A stretch of 64,000 nt of DNA from Promethearchaeota archaeon (GTDB lineage: Archaea; Asgardarchaeota; Lokiarchaeia; Sigyniarchaeales; SOKP01): positions 1 through 64,000 of the forward strand of contig JAHPZE010000008.1 in the NCBI GenBank assembly GCA_019058365.1. Reading direction: 5' to 3'. The notes beneath the pieces were generated by a model that was given only the letters and a program-made list of their open reading frames with translations, was not told the origin of the DNA and did no database searches. Made by a program: the position numbers and the translations under genes. Of the stretch, positions 11,241 through 22,700 are shown one piece after another; the first letter of the stretch is position 1; the number at the start of each line of letters is the position of its first letter.

Positions 11241-11969
11241 CTAACTATCCATAATTGTTTTTCCTTCATTTATTAATCTAAATTTTAAAAATAATATGTA
11301 GGTAGCCATTGATTTTTCCTTTTTTATTGAAATATAAGATTTTGGACCTTCTCGCCAAATAACTGGAATTTCTCTAATTTTATATTTTTTTCGTTGAGCT
11401 CTAATAAGCATTTCAGAATCCCAGAATGCTCGTCTTTGTAAATTCCATCCCATATCTTTTATTAGATCCTTAATTATATTTGCCTTAAATAATTTAAATC
11501 CACATTCATGATCGTTTATTTTGGAAGAAAAATAAATCCTTAAAAATAGATTAAAAATTTTTGAAACAATAAATCTATATGGCGTTCTACTCAGTCTCGA
11601 ACCTTTAATATATCTACTCCCAATTGCAATATCATAACCCTGCTTTATTGTCTTAAATAATTGAGGTATAGCGCTCATATCTGTTGAAAGGTCTGCATCC
11701 ATAAAAAATATTAGATCATTATTCTCAGCATGTTTTAAAATCATTTTAGCAAGATTCTCCCTGACTGTTGGTCCTTTACATCGAAGATGAATTAGATTTT
11801 TAAAATTCATTGAATCTATTATATCACCTGTTTTGTCAATACTACCATCATTTACTATATAAATTATGAAATCATCATATAACAAATTCAAAAATCTGTT
11901 AAGCATATATTTTAGATTTGATTTAATGAATCTTTCTTCATTGTACACTGGAATAAATATTTTAATCAT
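11241..11969 (-). CDS. GT2 glycosyltransferase (dolichol-phosphate glycosyltransferase-like)
   Basis: IPVYNEE, VNDGSIDKT, FMDADLS, IAIGSRY, ECGFKLF, EIPVIW. Confidence 0.9.
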   Translation of the reverse strand: MIKIFIPVYNEERFIKSNLKYMLNRFLNLLYDDFIIYIVNDGSIDKTGDIIDSMNFKNLIHLRCKGPTVRENLAKMILKHAENNDLIFFMDADLSTDMSAIPQLFKTIKQGYDIAIGSRYIKGSRLSRTPYRFIVSKIFNLFLRIYFSSKINDHECGFKLFKANIIKDLIKDMGWNLQRRAFWDSEMLIRAQRKKYKIREIPVIWREGPKSYISIKKEKSMATYILFLKFRLINEGKTIMDS

Positions 11970-12149
11970 ATTTATGAAGAATTTACCTTAAAGAAATGTT
12001 AGTAAATATTATTTTAATAAAACTCGGAATTTAATAAATATTTAGATTCAATGAAGGTTTTAGTAGAATATTAAAACCCGAAATATTAAAATACAAAAAA
12101 ATTAAAAATCAATTTCCATTTTGATTATCCATATAAAAAAGACTCTAAG

Positions 12150-13220
12150 TTGTTATTTATAATGAGTACGAATATAAATAATCTAAATGACATTAAAACT
12201 CAGTCATTCTTAGAAAGGCTATTGGATTATAAAGCAGTTATCTTTATCAGTTTTGGAATCGGAATCCGCTTATTTATGCTTGCTTTTTACTATTATACTC
12301 ACATAATAGATCCATCAAAAAGTTGGGGAGATGTAGCCATTAATTTTAGGGGAAGTTATTATTATCCTCCTTTTACTATGTCTTTATTAGGGTTCTTTAG
12401 AGTAATCTCTTTTGGAATAGTTGAAATATTCGCCTTTTGGGCTTTTCTTTTAGAAATAATTGCAGTTGTATTATTTTACTTTGTATTAAAAAGTTTCAAA
12501 ATGTCTAATTTAATGTATGTTTATGGATTATTCTTGATAAATCCATTTTTCTTTTTAAATAATGTATTTAGTTTGGAGAATTGTGGTTATCACATAACGG
12601 ATTCATTTTTTTTTATATTTTTTTTTATAGCATTGTTTTTCTACCCTAGAGAAGAAAAATGGAGTAGATATCTATTTTATATTTTTCTAGCGTTTTCTGC
12701 TGTCCAGAAATTTTATACTTTACCGATTATAGGATTTTTCTTTCTCAAGTTTTTAATAGAAAAAGATTGGGAAGAAATGAAAAAGTTTTTAATTTGTATA
12801 GTGCCTATTGTTTTTGTTTTCCTTATTTCACCAATTTTCTTTATAGATAATTATTTTTCAGTTTATATCTTATGGAATGAACTTGGTGAAGATGTATTGC
12901 CATTGTATATTAGGTTAATAATTATTGCTATTATTAGCTTATCTTATATCTTCTTCAGACTTAAAAAAGCAGGGATCATTGAGATTACCTTCTTTTCTAT
13001 ACTTATTATGGTGATCTTTTTGTTCTTTAGTAAACCTTTTATAAGATATTTTCAACCACTCTTAATATATGGAATCCTAACTCCTTATGTATTTTTTACC
13101 TTTACCCTCAATCTTGGATTTATAAAAAGGAAAATTATCTTTGATAATCATTTATTAGTTTTTTATTCATCATTCATTTTAGTTGGTATAGCATATTTGA
13201 TTATAATTTTTCTATTATAG
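12150..13220 (+). CDS. Polytopic membrane protein, possible GT-C-fold glycosyltransferase
   Basis: About 10 TM helices; WGD and YYYPP in the first loop, FLINP; lies in a glycosylation cluster; the true start may be ATG 12162. Confidence 0.5.
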   Translation: MLFIMSTNINNLNDIKTQSFLERLLDYKAVIFISFGIGIRLFMLAFYYYTHIIDPSKSWGDVAINFRGSYYYPPFTMSLLGFFRVISFGIVEIFAFWAFLLEIIAVVLFYFVLKSFKMSNLMYVYGLFLINPFFFLNNVFSLENCGYHITDSFFFIFFFIALFFYPREEKWSRYLFYIFLAFSAVQKFYTLPIIGFFFLKFLIEKDWEEMKKFLICIVPIVFVFLISPIFFIDNYFSVYILWNELGEDVLPLYIRLIIIAIISLSYIFFRLKKAGIIEITFFSILIMVIFLFFSKPFIRYFQPLLIYGILTPYVFFTFTLNLGFIKRKIIFDNHLLVFYSSFILVGIAYLIIIFLL

Positions 13221-13249
13221 TCCATCAGAAATGAATTCTGTTAAATAAA

Positions 13250-14485
13250 TTAGAAAAATTCTTTAAATTTCTCTTGTGCAATTTCTCTTCTTATTTTTAT
13301 TTCTTGTTCAGAAGTAATTTTTTGTTTAAGACCTTCATTGCATATCTCTTTTCCTATAATTACTTTAGGATTATTTGCCCAATTTACATTTAATAGTAAA
13401 CAAAGATAATAAATAGATGACAGTATAAACGCTATTAGATGTCCAATATTACCCTCCGATGGACCTTCAATTGAAATTTTTGCTGATGGTACTTGTTGTT
13501 GAATTAAAGCTTGAAATGTCGCATTCGCTTGATAATTAACGATAGTTTGAGCACTTTGGCCATCAACATGTGCAACAGATGATGTTAAAAAAACGTCAGG
13601 ATTTTCATTTTTAATAGTCCATAATATCGGTATAACGATTCCTTTGGTTCCTCCCAAAAGATATTCTAATACAGAATGTTGGCAAATTGGAGCAGATTGA
13701 TATGTACCAATCATTCCTTTTTCATCTTTTCCTGTGCTTTCCGATATTCCTTGAACCCATAATCCAATGCTGCCTTCAAGATTTTTTGAGTAGGGCATTG
13801 AAAAGACCACATTATAACCTTTTTTATATAAGTTAAATAGAAATGTTGCAAGTTCTATAGACGGCTGCTTTTCATATTTTGAAAATACTTCATAACTATT
13901 TTCTAATCCATTTAAAAATTCTTTGACATTGATACCCGCCATATAAGCTGGAACAATTCCAACATTAGTAACAGACCCAGCATAACGTCCCGAAAGATTA
14001 GGCACATCTAATATAGGACAATCTATTTTTTTCAGAATTGTATTCATAGTGCCCATGGACGAGAGTCCTAAAAATTTGTAGCCCAACTTAAGAAAAGTTC
14101 CAATAGTTGAATTAATATCTATGGTTTCCCCTCCTCTCGATATTGGAATTACAATTGAATCTTCTGGAGATGTTTTATCTAAACATCCCTTTAATTCTAC
14201 AGCCCTGGAACTAGTAACAGGAAATATTTTTCTTTTTGCTAAATGTTTTAAAGCAAGTAAAGTCTGAATTGAACCTCCTGTTCCTAAAACTATAATATTT
14301 TTAAGGTTATCAGTAATAAATTGTTCTGTAATTTTTTGAAGTTTTGGTAGATCTATATAAGTCTTCGTGTCAAAGAAAAAAGGAGGATCCCAATTCTCTT
14401 TATTCTTATTAATAAGATTAATAGAATCTTCTACCATTGAATCGCTTATTTCTGGATAACATTCAAATTTTACATCTATTGTCAT
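13250..14485 (-). CDS. pgi: Glucose-6-phosphate isomerase-like (SIS-fold) protein, divergent
   Basis: VLGTGGS, ISRGGET, GRYAG, QGISESTGK, QHS and PKVIIGK correspond to PGI motifs. Confidence 0.7.
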   Translation of the reverse strand: MTIDVKFECYPEISDSMVEDSINLINKNKENWDPPFFFDTKTYIDLPKLQKITEQFITDNLKNIIVLGTGGSIQTLLALKHLAKRKIFPVTSSRAVELKGCLDKTSPEDSIVIPISRGGETIDINSTIGTFLKLGYKFLGLSSMGTMNTILKKIDCPILDVPNLSGRYAGSVTNVGIVPAYMAGINVKEFLNGLENSYEVFSKYEKQPSIELATFLFNLYKKGYNVVFSMPYSKNLEGSIGLWVQGISESTGKDEKGMIGTYQSAPICQHSVLEYLLGGTKGIVIPILWTIKNENPDVFLTSSVAHVDGQSAQTIVNYQANATFQALIQQQVPSAKISIEGPSEGNIGHLIAFILSSIYYLCLLLNVNWANNPKVIIGKEICNEGLKQKITSEQEIKIRREIAQEKFKEFF

Positions 14486-14746
14486 AAGATTTCATCCAGT
14501 GTAAATTAGTAATTTTGATGATAACTTTATATAATCTATTCATGTATATATTATTTTATTTATTAACCATAGAGAGAAAGAAATCTTATCCACACTCAAA
14601 AATTATAGAATTTTGTCGTTCTTTGCTTTTTCATTATTAAAAGTAAATTTGAAAATTAGAACTCTATTTTAATTAAAATAAGGACGCATCCAACTATGCA
14701 TAATAAATAGTATCTATAAAAATTACACGTATTTTGATGATTTTTT

Positions 14747-16012
14747 ATGGCCAAGGCAACAGAAATTGAAGAGAATAATGATTTTGAGATGGGTAATCCT
14801 TATTATTGTAAAGAATGCAAACGTAATCATACAAAAGGGAAAATCTATAAAGAACATTTAAATTTTGCTAAATTTGAAAATGGGGACGATGAAAACAATT
14901 TAGATGAAAACATTAAATTAAATAATGATGATTATGATGATGAAGTAGAATTGATTGAAGCTTTTAATGAAAATGATAATCAAGAAAATAAAATTGAAGT
15001 TGAAAATCAATTGGAAGATGATTTAGATTTAGATAGGGAAGTTGATCCAAACATTGGAGAGAGTCTAAAAGAATGCATTAATGCTGTTAAAAAACTTCCC
15101 GGTGTAGGAGAAGCCACATTAAACAAATTAATAAAAGCGGGCTTTTCTAGTTTAGAATCAATCGCATTTACCCCACCAAAAATTATTCAGGAAGAAAGCG
15201 GTTTAGGAGAAAAAACAACTGAAAAATTAATTAAATCGAGTATGGAACAATTACATATTGGTTTTAAATCCGCAGAAGACGTGTGGGAACATAGAAAAAA
15301 TATAGCTCGAATAACAACGGGTAGTCAAGAATTAGATGACTCTTTAGGTGGTGGTGTTGAAACTGGTAGTGTGATAGAATTTTTTGGAGAATTTAGGACT
15401 GGGAAAACTCAAATAATGCATCAATTATGCGTAAATGTTCAATTGTCCGAAGAAAATGGAGGTCTTGAAGGAAATGCTTTATATATAGACACTGAAGGTA
15501 CATTTAGACCAGAAAGAATTATCCAAATGGCTGAAGGTTTAGATATGGATCATAAGAAAGTGTTGAAGAATATTATCTTTGGCCGTGCATATAATAGTGA
15601 TCACCAAATCCTCCTGATTAAAGAAGCTGCAAATTTAATTAAAGAAAGGAACATTAAATTAATTGTAGTCGATTCTTTAATTGGGCATTTTCGAAGTGAG
15701 TATATAGGACGTGGAACGTTAGCAAATCGTCAGCAGACAATTAATTCCCATTTGCACGATTTATTAAGATTATGTGATATATATTCAGATTTAGCAGTTG
15801 TTGTGACTAATCAAGTTCAAGCGAAGCCTGATGTTTTTTATGGAAACCCATTACAAGCCGCTGGGGGAAATATTGTGGCACATGGTTCTACAATTAGAGT
15901 TTATTTAAGGAAGGGTAAAGGAGAGCAGAGAATCGCTAAAATTGTTGATGCTCCACATCTACCAGAAGCAGATGCTATCTTCTCTATAACTGAAAATGGT
16001 ATATCTGATTAG
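14747..16012 (+). CDS. radA: Archaeal recombinase RadA with a ~100-aa N-terminal extension
   Basis: HhH LPGVG, Walker [22 protein letters not shown], Walker [28 protein letters not shown]; no intein. Confidence 0.95.
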   Translation: MAKATEIEENNDFEMGNPYYCKECKRNHTKGKIYKEHLNFAKFENGDDENNLDENIKLNNDDYDDEVELIEAFNENDNQENKIEVENQLEDDLDLDREVDPNIGESLKECINAVKKLPGVGEATLNKLIKAGFSSLESIAFTPPKIIQEESGLGEKTTEKLIKSSMEQLHIGFKSAEDVWEHRKNIARITTGSQELDDSLGGGVETGSVIEFFGEFRTGKTQIMHQLCVNVQLSEENGGLEGNALYIDTEGTFRPERIIQMAEGLDMDHKKVLKNIIFGRAYNSDHQILLIKEAANLIKERNIKLIVVDSLIGHFRSEYIGRGTLANRQQTINSHLHDLLRLCDIYSDLAVVVTNQVQAKPDVFYGNPLQAAGGNIVAHGSTIRVYLRKGKGEQRIAKIVDAPHLPEADAIFSITENGISD

Positions 16013-16049
16013 TTACAACATTAAAAATAGTTGAACTCCTAAATTAAAA

Positions 16050-16574
16050 TTAAATTCTTATTTTCCAGCCATCTTTTTGAGTGAATTGAATCTTTTCATC
16101 TTTATTCATTTGATGAATTATCAAATTGATAGATTTTTCAGAAATTGTAATTCTCTCTTTAGCTGCTCTATCTAAGGCTTTTTCAGTTAATTCTTTTAAA
16201 GATTTTACTGCTTTTTGATCATAAAGGATCTTTAAAATAATTCTTTCGATACTTTCTCTAATTTTTAATGGTACTATCAGAGATTCATCATGATTCAAAT
16301 TGGATGAAAATAAACTATTTACTTGATCTTGTTCTCTAACATTTCCATTCGGTTTAACTTTATCTTGTATTCTTTGTAACTCCCGATAATCTACAATGGG
16401 TTTCTTGTCATGTATTATTCTCTGAGAATTTTTATCTCCAAGTTCAATATTACTATCTTCTTTTTTTATAATCGTGCTATCAACTTGGCCCTCTGAAACG
16501 CTAATCTCTTTTATGTCCTTTTCCTTTTTAATTTTTCGTTTTTTAATGAATCCAGTGAACATTTTAAAAATCAC
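16050..16574 (-). CDS. Hypothetical protein with probable C-terminal winged helix
   Basis: Charged disordered N-half; IILKILY...SLKEL...SINLIIHQMNKDEKIQF..GW pattern. Confidence 0.55.
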   Translation of the reverse strand: MIFKMFTGFIKKRKIKKEKDIKEISVSEGQVDSTIIKKEDSNIELGDKNSQRIIHDKKPIVDYRELQRIQDKVKPNGNVREQDQVNSLFSSNLNHDESLIVPLKIRESIERIILKILYDQKAVKSLKELTEKALDRAAKERITISEKSINLIIHQMNKDEKIQFTQKDGWKIRI

Positions 16575-16689
16575 ATTATTGAAATTTTCTAAATATTGTT
16601 ATTTACTATTATGGATATAAATGTATTTACCATTTTTAAGATCTACCCTCATTTATTTAGGAAAATTATGCATATAACTATAAGAATCT

Positions 16690-16720
16690 TAATTAAAGAA
16701 AAAAATAAAAAAAAAATAAA
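16690..16720 (-). terminator. Oligo-T tract after the giant gene (archaeal-type terminator candidate)
   Basis: A-runs on the + strand (T-runs on the - strand) immediately after the stop at 16721. Confidence 0.4.
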
Positions 16721-19700
16721 TTAGAGTAGCTTTTCAAATTCTTTTGCTTTATTTGTTAATCTCTTAACTTCCTTTGTCATATCATCTACGCCTAACTTAA
16801 AGATTTCTGATGCAATTTTTGAAGATATTTTATATTTCTGAGCAGCTTCAGTATAGTGTTCTTGTTTAGCAGCTAATTTAGCTTCTTTTTCAAGTGATTT
16901 TAATTTAATATTAAGATCTTCGATTTTAGTCATACGTATTAGATCGTCTAATAATAGAGACTCACTTGCCAATTCCCAGGTTGTAGCAATTTTTACAGCA
17001 TTATGGAGAATTTTTAAAGAAGAATCATAATCATTCTCTTTCTTTGCTTTCAATGCATTCTTTTTTAATTTTTTAATTTCCTTATTGGCTCCTTTTATGG
17101 TTACAATTTCAGCAGCTTCAGGTTGTAATTCGATCGGAGCAGATACAATTTCACGTTGTTCACTCAAACTCACAAAATATGCTTCTCTTTCTGCGGGACC
17201 CATTTGAGCAAGATCATTGACTAATTTTTGTCTGTCTTCTGATGATAAATTAACCAATCCAGTAACTTTCTGGTTAATCAGATTTAATTCTTGCTGAGAA
17301 ATTGGTGGAGTTTCTATAGTGGCAATTTCTATTGGCATCAAAATTTTCTTATCTCTTAATTCTTTGATTCCCATGAAAATCTCTGCTGTTTCTTTACCTG
17401 TTTTTTCTGTGGCCTCTTTTAATAATGTAGCAATAAAGAAGAAATTCCTTTCCGAATCTTTCATTAGAGTATTTGCGATTTTTAAAACATCTCTAGATTG
17501 GGGTTTCTTTAGTGTTTTAGCACTAGAAATTTCATAGCTAATTTCATGTGGTAAAATAATTGAAGTATTTAATATATCATCGATAATAGTACCAGCATCT
17601 CTAAATATGTTTAGTTGACCTCTCCAATTGGGTAGCTCATTGGCATAAGTTTTCTCAAAAAAATGTATAAATTCCATTAAATTTCTACGTAGAATAAGTG
17701 ACGCTTTTTTACCTAATACTAAAGCGACTCTAATATTTTCTCCGTCTGAAAGGAGTAACATTTTATCACCATAAGATATCTCATTCAATTCTTCTTGGCT
17801 TACTAAGTCTTTACCAAAACTGCTTATTGCTGAAATAAAACCGGAAATTAACTCAGGATCAATTTGTTCAGAACCAAACGATTTGAAAAAAATACATGTG
17901 CCCGTTCCCTTATATAAAACTAAAACGTGTTCTAAGTTAATTGCATCATCAAAAATAGTTTTAACTTCAGTAAGGATACGTGATTTCTCACGTTTTTTGG
18001 GAACTACTACACCCCGATAAATACCAACTGAACCGCCTACAGCAGCAATAGCTATCCCCGCAATTATTAAATAAGGTAGAATATCTTTAAAACTAAAACC
18101 TGGTGGTATAGGTTTAATATCAATGTCTGATATTTTAGTACTGTATCCTTGGTGATAATAAGCACTCTTTAATTGAATCGTTATATTCAATGTTAAAGTA
18201 TCACTATAGGTAGGTATTATAATTTCTATTTCTCCAGTACTGTTAGTGGAATAATCTTCAGAATCACCAGCTCCATTATTATAATATAGAATCACAGTCA
18301 TGTTTGATCCATCTATGGGTAACCAAAAAGAACCATCAAAATATTCTGCCTTGATAAGTAATGTAAACGGAAGTCCAGCTTTAACACTTTCAGGTTTGTA
18401 AACAATAATTCTAGTCTCATATTTATCTATGATTCTTAATAGAAAATTCACTGTTGTCACATTATTACTATATTTTGCTACTATAATAGAAAAGGAGTAA
18501 TTACCAAGAGTTAATAGTGAAATATTCAAACTTCCAGAATGACTTGAAGCTCCTTCGGTAATAAAATGAGCTATTGTACCACTTTCTAATGTATCAATAT
18601 TGGTGTAATAAATAGTATAAAATACCCCTGGTGCAATTGGAATAATAGTTCCAAAATGAGCATCTGTTGTATTAAATTCAATACCAATATTACTTCCAAT
18701 AAAAGTATAATAGAAACTATCTATAGCTGGTAATTGACCTCCAGGATTAGTTATAGAGATAATATTACTAAGTGCTGACACTATTCTTAATTTAAAACTA
18801 AAGGTGGAGACTATGTTATTTGATTTGTTAATAATAATTGTAACAGAGTAATTTCCAATTGAAAATGAAGAGATATTTAAACTTCCAGAATGACTTAAGG
18901 CACCTTCGGTAATTAAATGAACTATTGTACCATTCTCACTCGTATCAATATTGGTGTAATAAATAGTATAAAATACCCCTGGTGCAATTTGAATAATAGT
19001 TCCAAAATGGGCATCTGTTGTATTAAATTCAACAATAACATCGGTTGCTATAGTAGGTTCATAAAAACCTCCTGGGATAGTGGGCGATAATTGACTGCCT
19101 ACATTAGTTATAGATATAAGGTTACTTTCTGCCGAGACAATTGTTAAATTGAAAATTAATGGTATTACTTTATAATCCAAAATCACTACTGATACGTTGA
19201 TTAAGTAATTGCCTATGGATAAACCTGAAGTAGTAATGGTTCCAATATAGGTTGAAGTAGGTAGGTTGAATGCTAGAAAGTCTAAGAGGGTTCCATTCTC
19301 TCCTGTTCCTAAATTTATATATCTTACTACACGTGAATCTAAAGCTCTCGCAATTACTTTATTTAAACCATGATCATCAGTTATATTAAATTCTAAATTA
19401 AGGTCAAGAGCTATAGTAGAATTATAATAATTTCCAACCCCAGACGGTTCTAATTGCCCTCCTAAGTTAGAAATTGATATAATATTAATTTGTGAATTTA
19501 CTAAAGTTAAATTAAAACTGAAGGTTGTATTTTCATAGTTAAGTTTCGCAAATGTAATATTAATTAAATAGCTTCCAGTCTCCAGTAATGTCGAAGATAA
19601 AATATTTCCTATATAAGTACCATATGTCCCCGATTGCCAAACAAAATTAAAATTTCCCTGAAGTATTCCAGTTGATTCTGTTTTAAGATTTTTGTATATT

Positions 19701-22700
19701 ATCATAATATTATATCCCGGAATTCCCTCAGTAATAGCCTTATCTCCACATTCTCTATCTGTCACATTGAATTCAACATTTAAATCGCTTCCTAAAAAGG
19801 TTGAATAATTATATCCAATACCGGTGGGTATTAGTATTTCCTCAGGATCAGAAACTGAGATCATGTTAATTTGAGTATAATTTCCCCTTAAATAAAAGTT
19901 AAAGTAAGCTAGACTCCAATTATAGTTAGGATCTTTTGAGATATTTAATTCTAAAGTATACCACCCATAATCCAACCCATTTAAGCTAATATTGAGAATG
20001 TAATTACCATTATTGAGAGGATTAATCAATTTCCAGTTAAAATCTCCCGTATTCCATATAGTTCCTGTTCCATAATTTTTCACATTTACATCTAACGTAG
20101 TAAGATCAAGAACTGGCTGATCAGTTATAGTATCATTGAAATAAAAATAAATCGTTTGATTTAATCCTGAATTCCTGGCAATTTCATCAGTTCCTATGAG
20201 GTTTTCGATTTGTGTCTGAATAATTGTAACCTCAATATCTAGACTTATAATTTGAGTTTCTTTTCCAATGGCGGAAATGTTAAATATATAAGTAAAAGGA
20301 GAATCTGCTACATTAACAGTACTGGTATTCAAGTATATAGTGTATGTCCCATTATTCCAGTCTTTTAAAAATGGTAAGAAACCATATGATGGACTCATCT
20401 CACTCCAAGTTGCCCCTATGATAAAGTTATCCAAATAATCCATATAATCAAACGTATATGACACATTCAGACCCCTTCTTATCGACCCTAAATCAAAGGA
20501 ATTAGATGGGTCAATTAAAGTTGTTATTTGTCGATGGAAATTAAAAGGAATTGATAGATTATTGTAATATTGCTTTGATGCATTAATGATAATATCGATA
20601 AATCCAAAATTAAGAAATTGAGTATCATTACAATCAATCGTAATATTATATCTACCACTTCCAATCTCAGTGACATTATTGTGCCTCCAATTAAGCCCCC
20701 CATTGAGGGTATAATTAATCTCAGCGTTTTCAATCCCTTCACTTTTCACTACATCATTATATTGGAGTGTTATATTAAATATTTGTCTATCATTGAAAAT
20801 TGAACCATCTGGGGGATCTAAAACTTCCAAAGATGTATTTCCTATAATCAATTCAAGACTTGAATTAATATAATCATAATAATTTAGTTTACTCCCATTT
20901 ATTGCTAGAGTGAATAAGCCATATCTATTAAATATTGGTTCACTACAATTTACTATGATACGATAATTCCCATTTCCAATTTCTGTTATATATTTACTAT
21001 CATAGAGACCTTCTCCTTGAACATCTACTTCTATTGAAGCACCAGTTAATCCCTGATTTCTGGATGTATCGAAATAATAAGCTGTTATATTAAAAACTTC
21101 ATCTGAATAATAAAATGTGTTATCAGGTGATTTAGTAAAGTTTAATTTGGTAACACCTGTAATTGTAATATTTAAATTTTTACTTTGATTATAATAATAT
21201 TGTTTGCTCGCATTCACAATTATCGTTCTTAAACCATAGTTTCCAAAATCAGTATCATTACAGAACACTGTGATATTAAATCTATTGTTTCCAATAGAAT
21301 ATATCTTATCCCAACGATAAGTATTCCCTCCATCAAGACTGTAATTAATCAAAGGGTTCGTAATTATCTCATCTCTAAGTGTATTATTATACTGAATAGT
21401 TATATTGAATGTATCTGAAGAATCAAAATTAGATTCATTTGGAGGTCCAATAATTGTTAAAGAAGTCTCGCCCAAGATTATAATATCTATTGTCTCACTT
21501 TGATTATTATAGTATTGCTTACTTGCATTAATAGTAATACTATTGGGGCCATTTGAATTAAATTCGGCGTCATTACAATCAATTGTAATATTATAAAGCC
21601 CATCACCCAAAATGGTAATATTGTCGGTTCTATAATTATTAGAATTAATTCTATAAGAAATAGTGGCATCAGATATATTTTTAGGAGGTGATCCAGTATA
21701 TCCTGTATCGTTAAAGAAAGCTGTAATATTAAAAATATCACTTGCGTCAAATGTCAATGGTGGTAAATTGATAAATTTTAATTCTGTTTCTCCTAAAATT
21801 GTTAAATTTCCTATTAAAAATCCAGCTGCAGTACCATTATTCCAAGCTAAATATGTAGTAAAAACACCATATTGAGACGCATTATTAGAAATATCCCAAT
21901 CCGATACATTAAATTCTGTATCTGGATTCAATGCGGATATATCTACAATATTTGTATGATTTAAATAATTAGGTGCTGGACTATACACACTTAAATTAAG
22001 ATTGCCATTCCCAATAACCTCAGTAAAAGTAACATTAAATCTAACAATGTCAGTGTAATTAGCAACATCATTTATTGGTATACCATCAACAAAAGTAGTA
22101 ATTGTGTTAATGAGATTATCGGATGTAGCATTTAAAAACCAATAAGTACCATTCCCGGCATTTGGTATTTTTATTTCTCTATACCCATTTCCTAATAATC
22201 GTTTTGTAATCGTTGACGTTCTATCATCAGTTCCATTAAAAACCTTAATACTACTATCGTGCCAAGTAGCGGGAATAGTGAAATTAATTTGAAATTTATC
22301 GAAACGTGTATCAAAATAATTTAATCCTGCTTTTCGTGTAACATTCCAATCAACAAGCTGACCAGTTCCAGCTATATTAAACTCTGAGCTTGCTTTTAAA
22401 TTTGTTTTAGTAAAATTGATTTGAATTTGAGAGATATTACACGTAACATCCCACCAATTTGCTGAAATATTGTAATGTAAATATCCAGAATTACTTCCAT
22501 TTACTTTAGTAGATTCCCAATATCCATACCCGCTATCAATATCTGAGACAGGATCACCATTAATTTTGAGAGTAATATCAGTTGCATTAGGAATATTTCC
22601 ATAAGGTGATAGTTCTATCTTTATATTAAAATCAACATAGGAAGAAGGTGGACCAATATTTGAAACCAATTGCCAATCACCACCAGAATATTTATAACTT

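Noticed and set aside
14747-16012. Intein explaining the long RadA
   Set aside because: The extra length is N-terminal, the ATPase core is uninterrupted, and there are no intein terminal motifs
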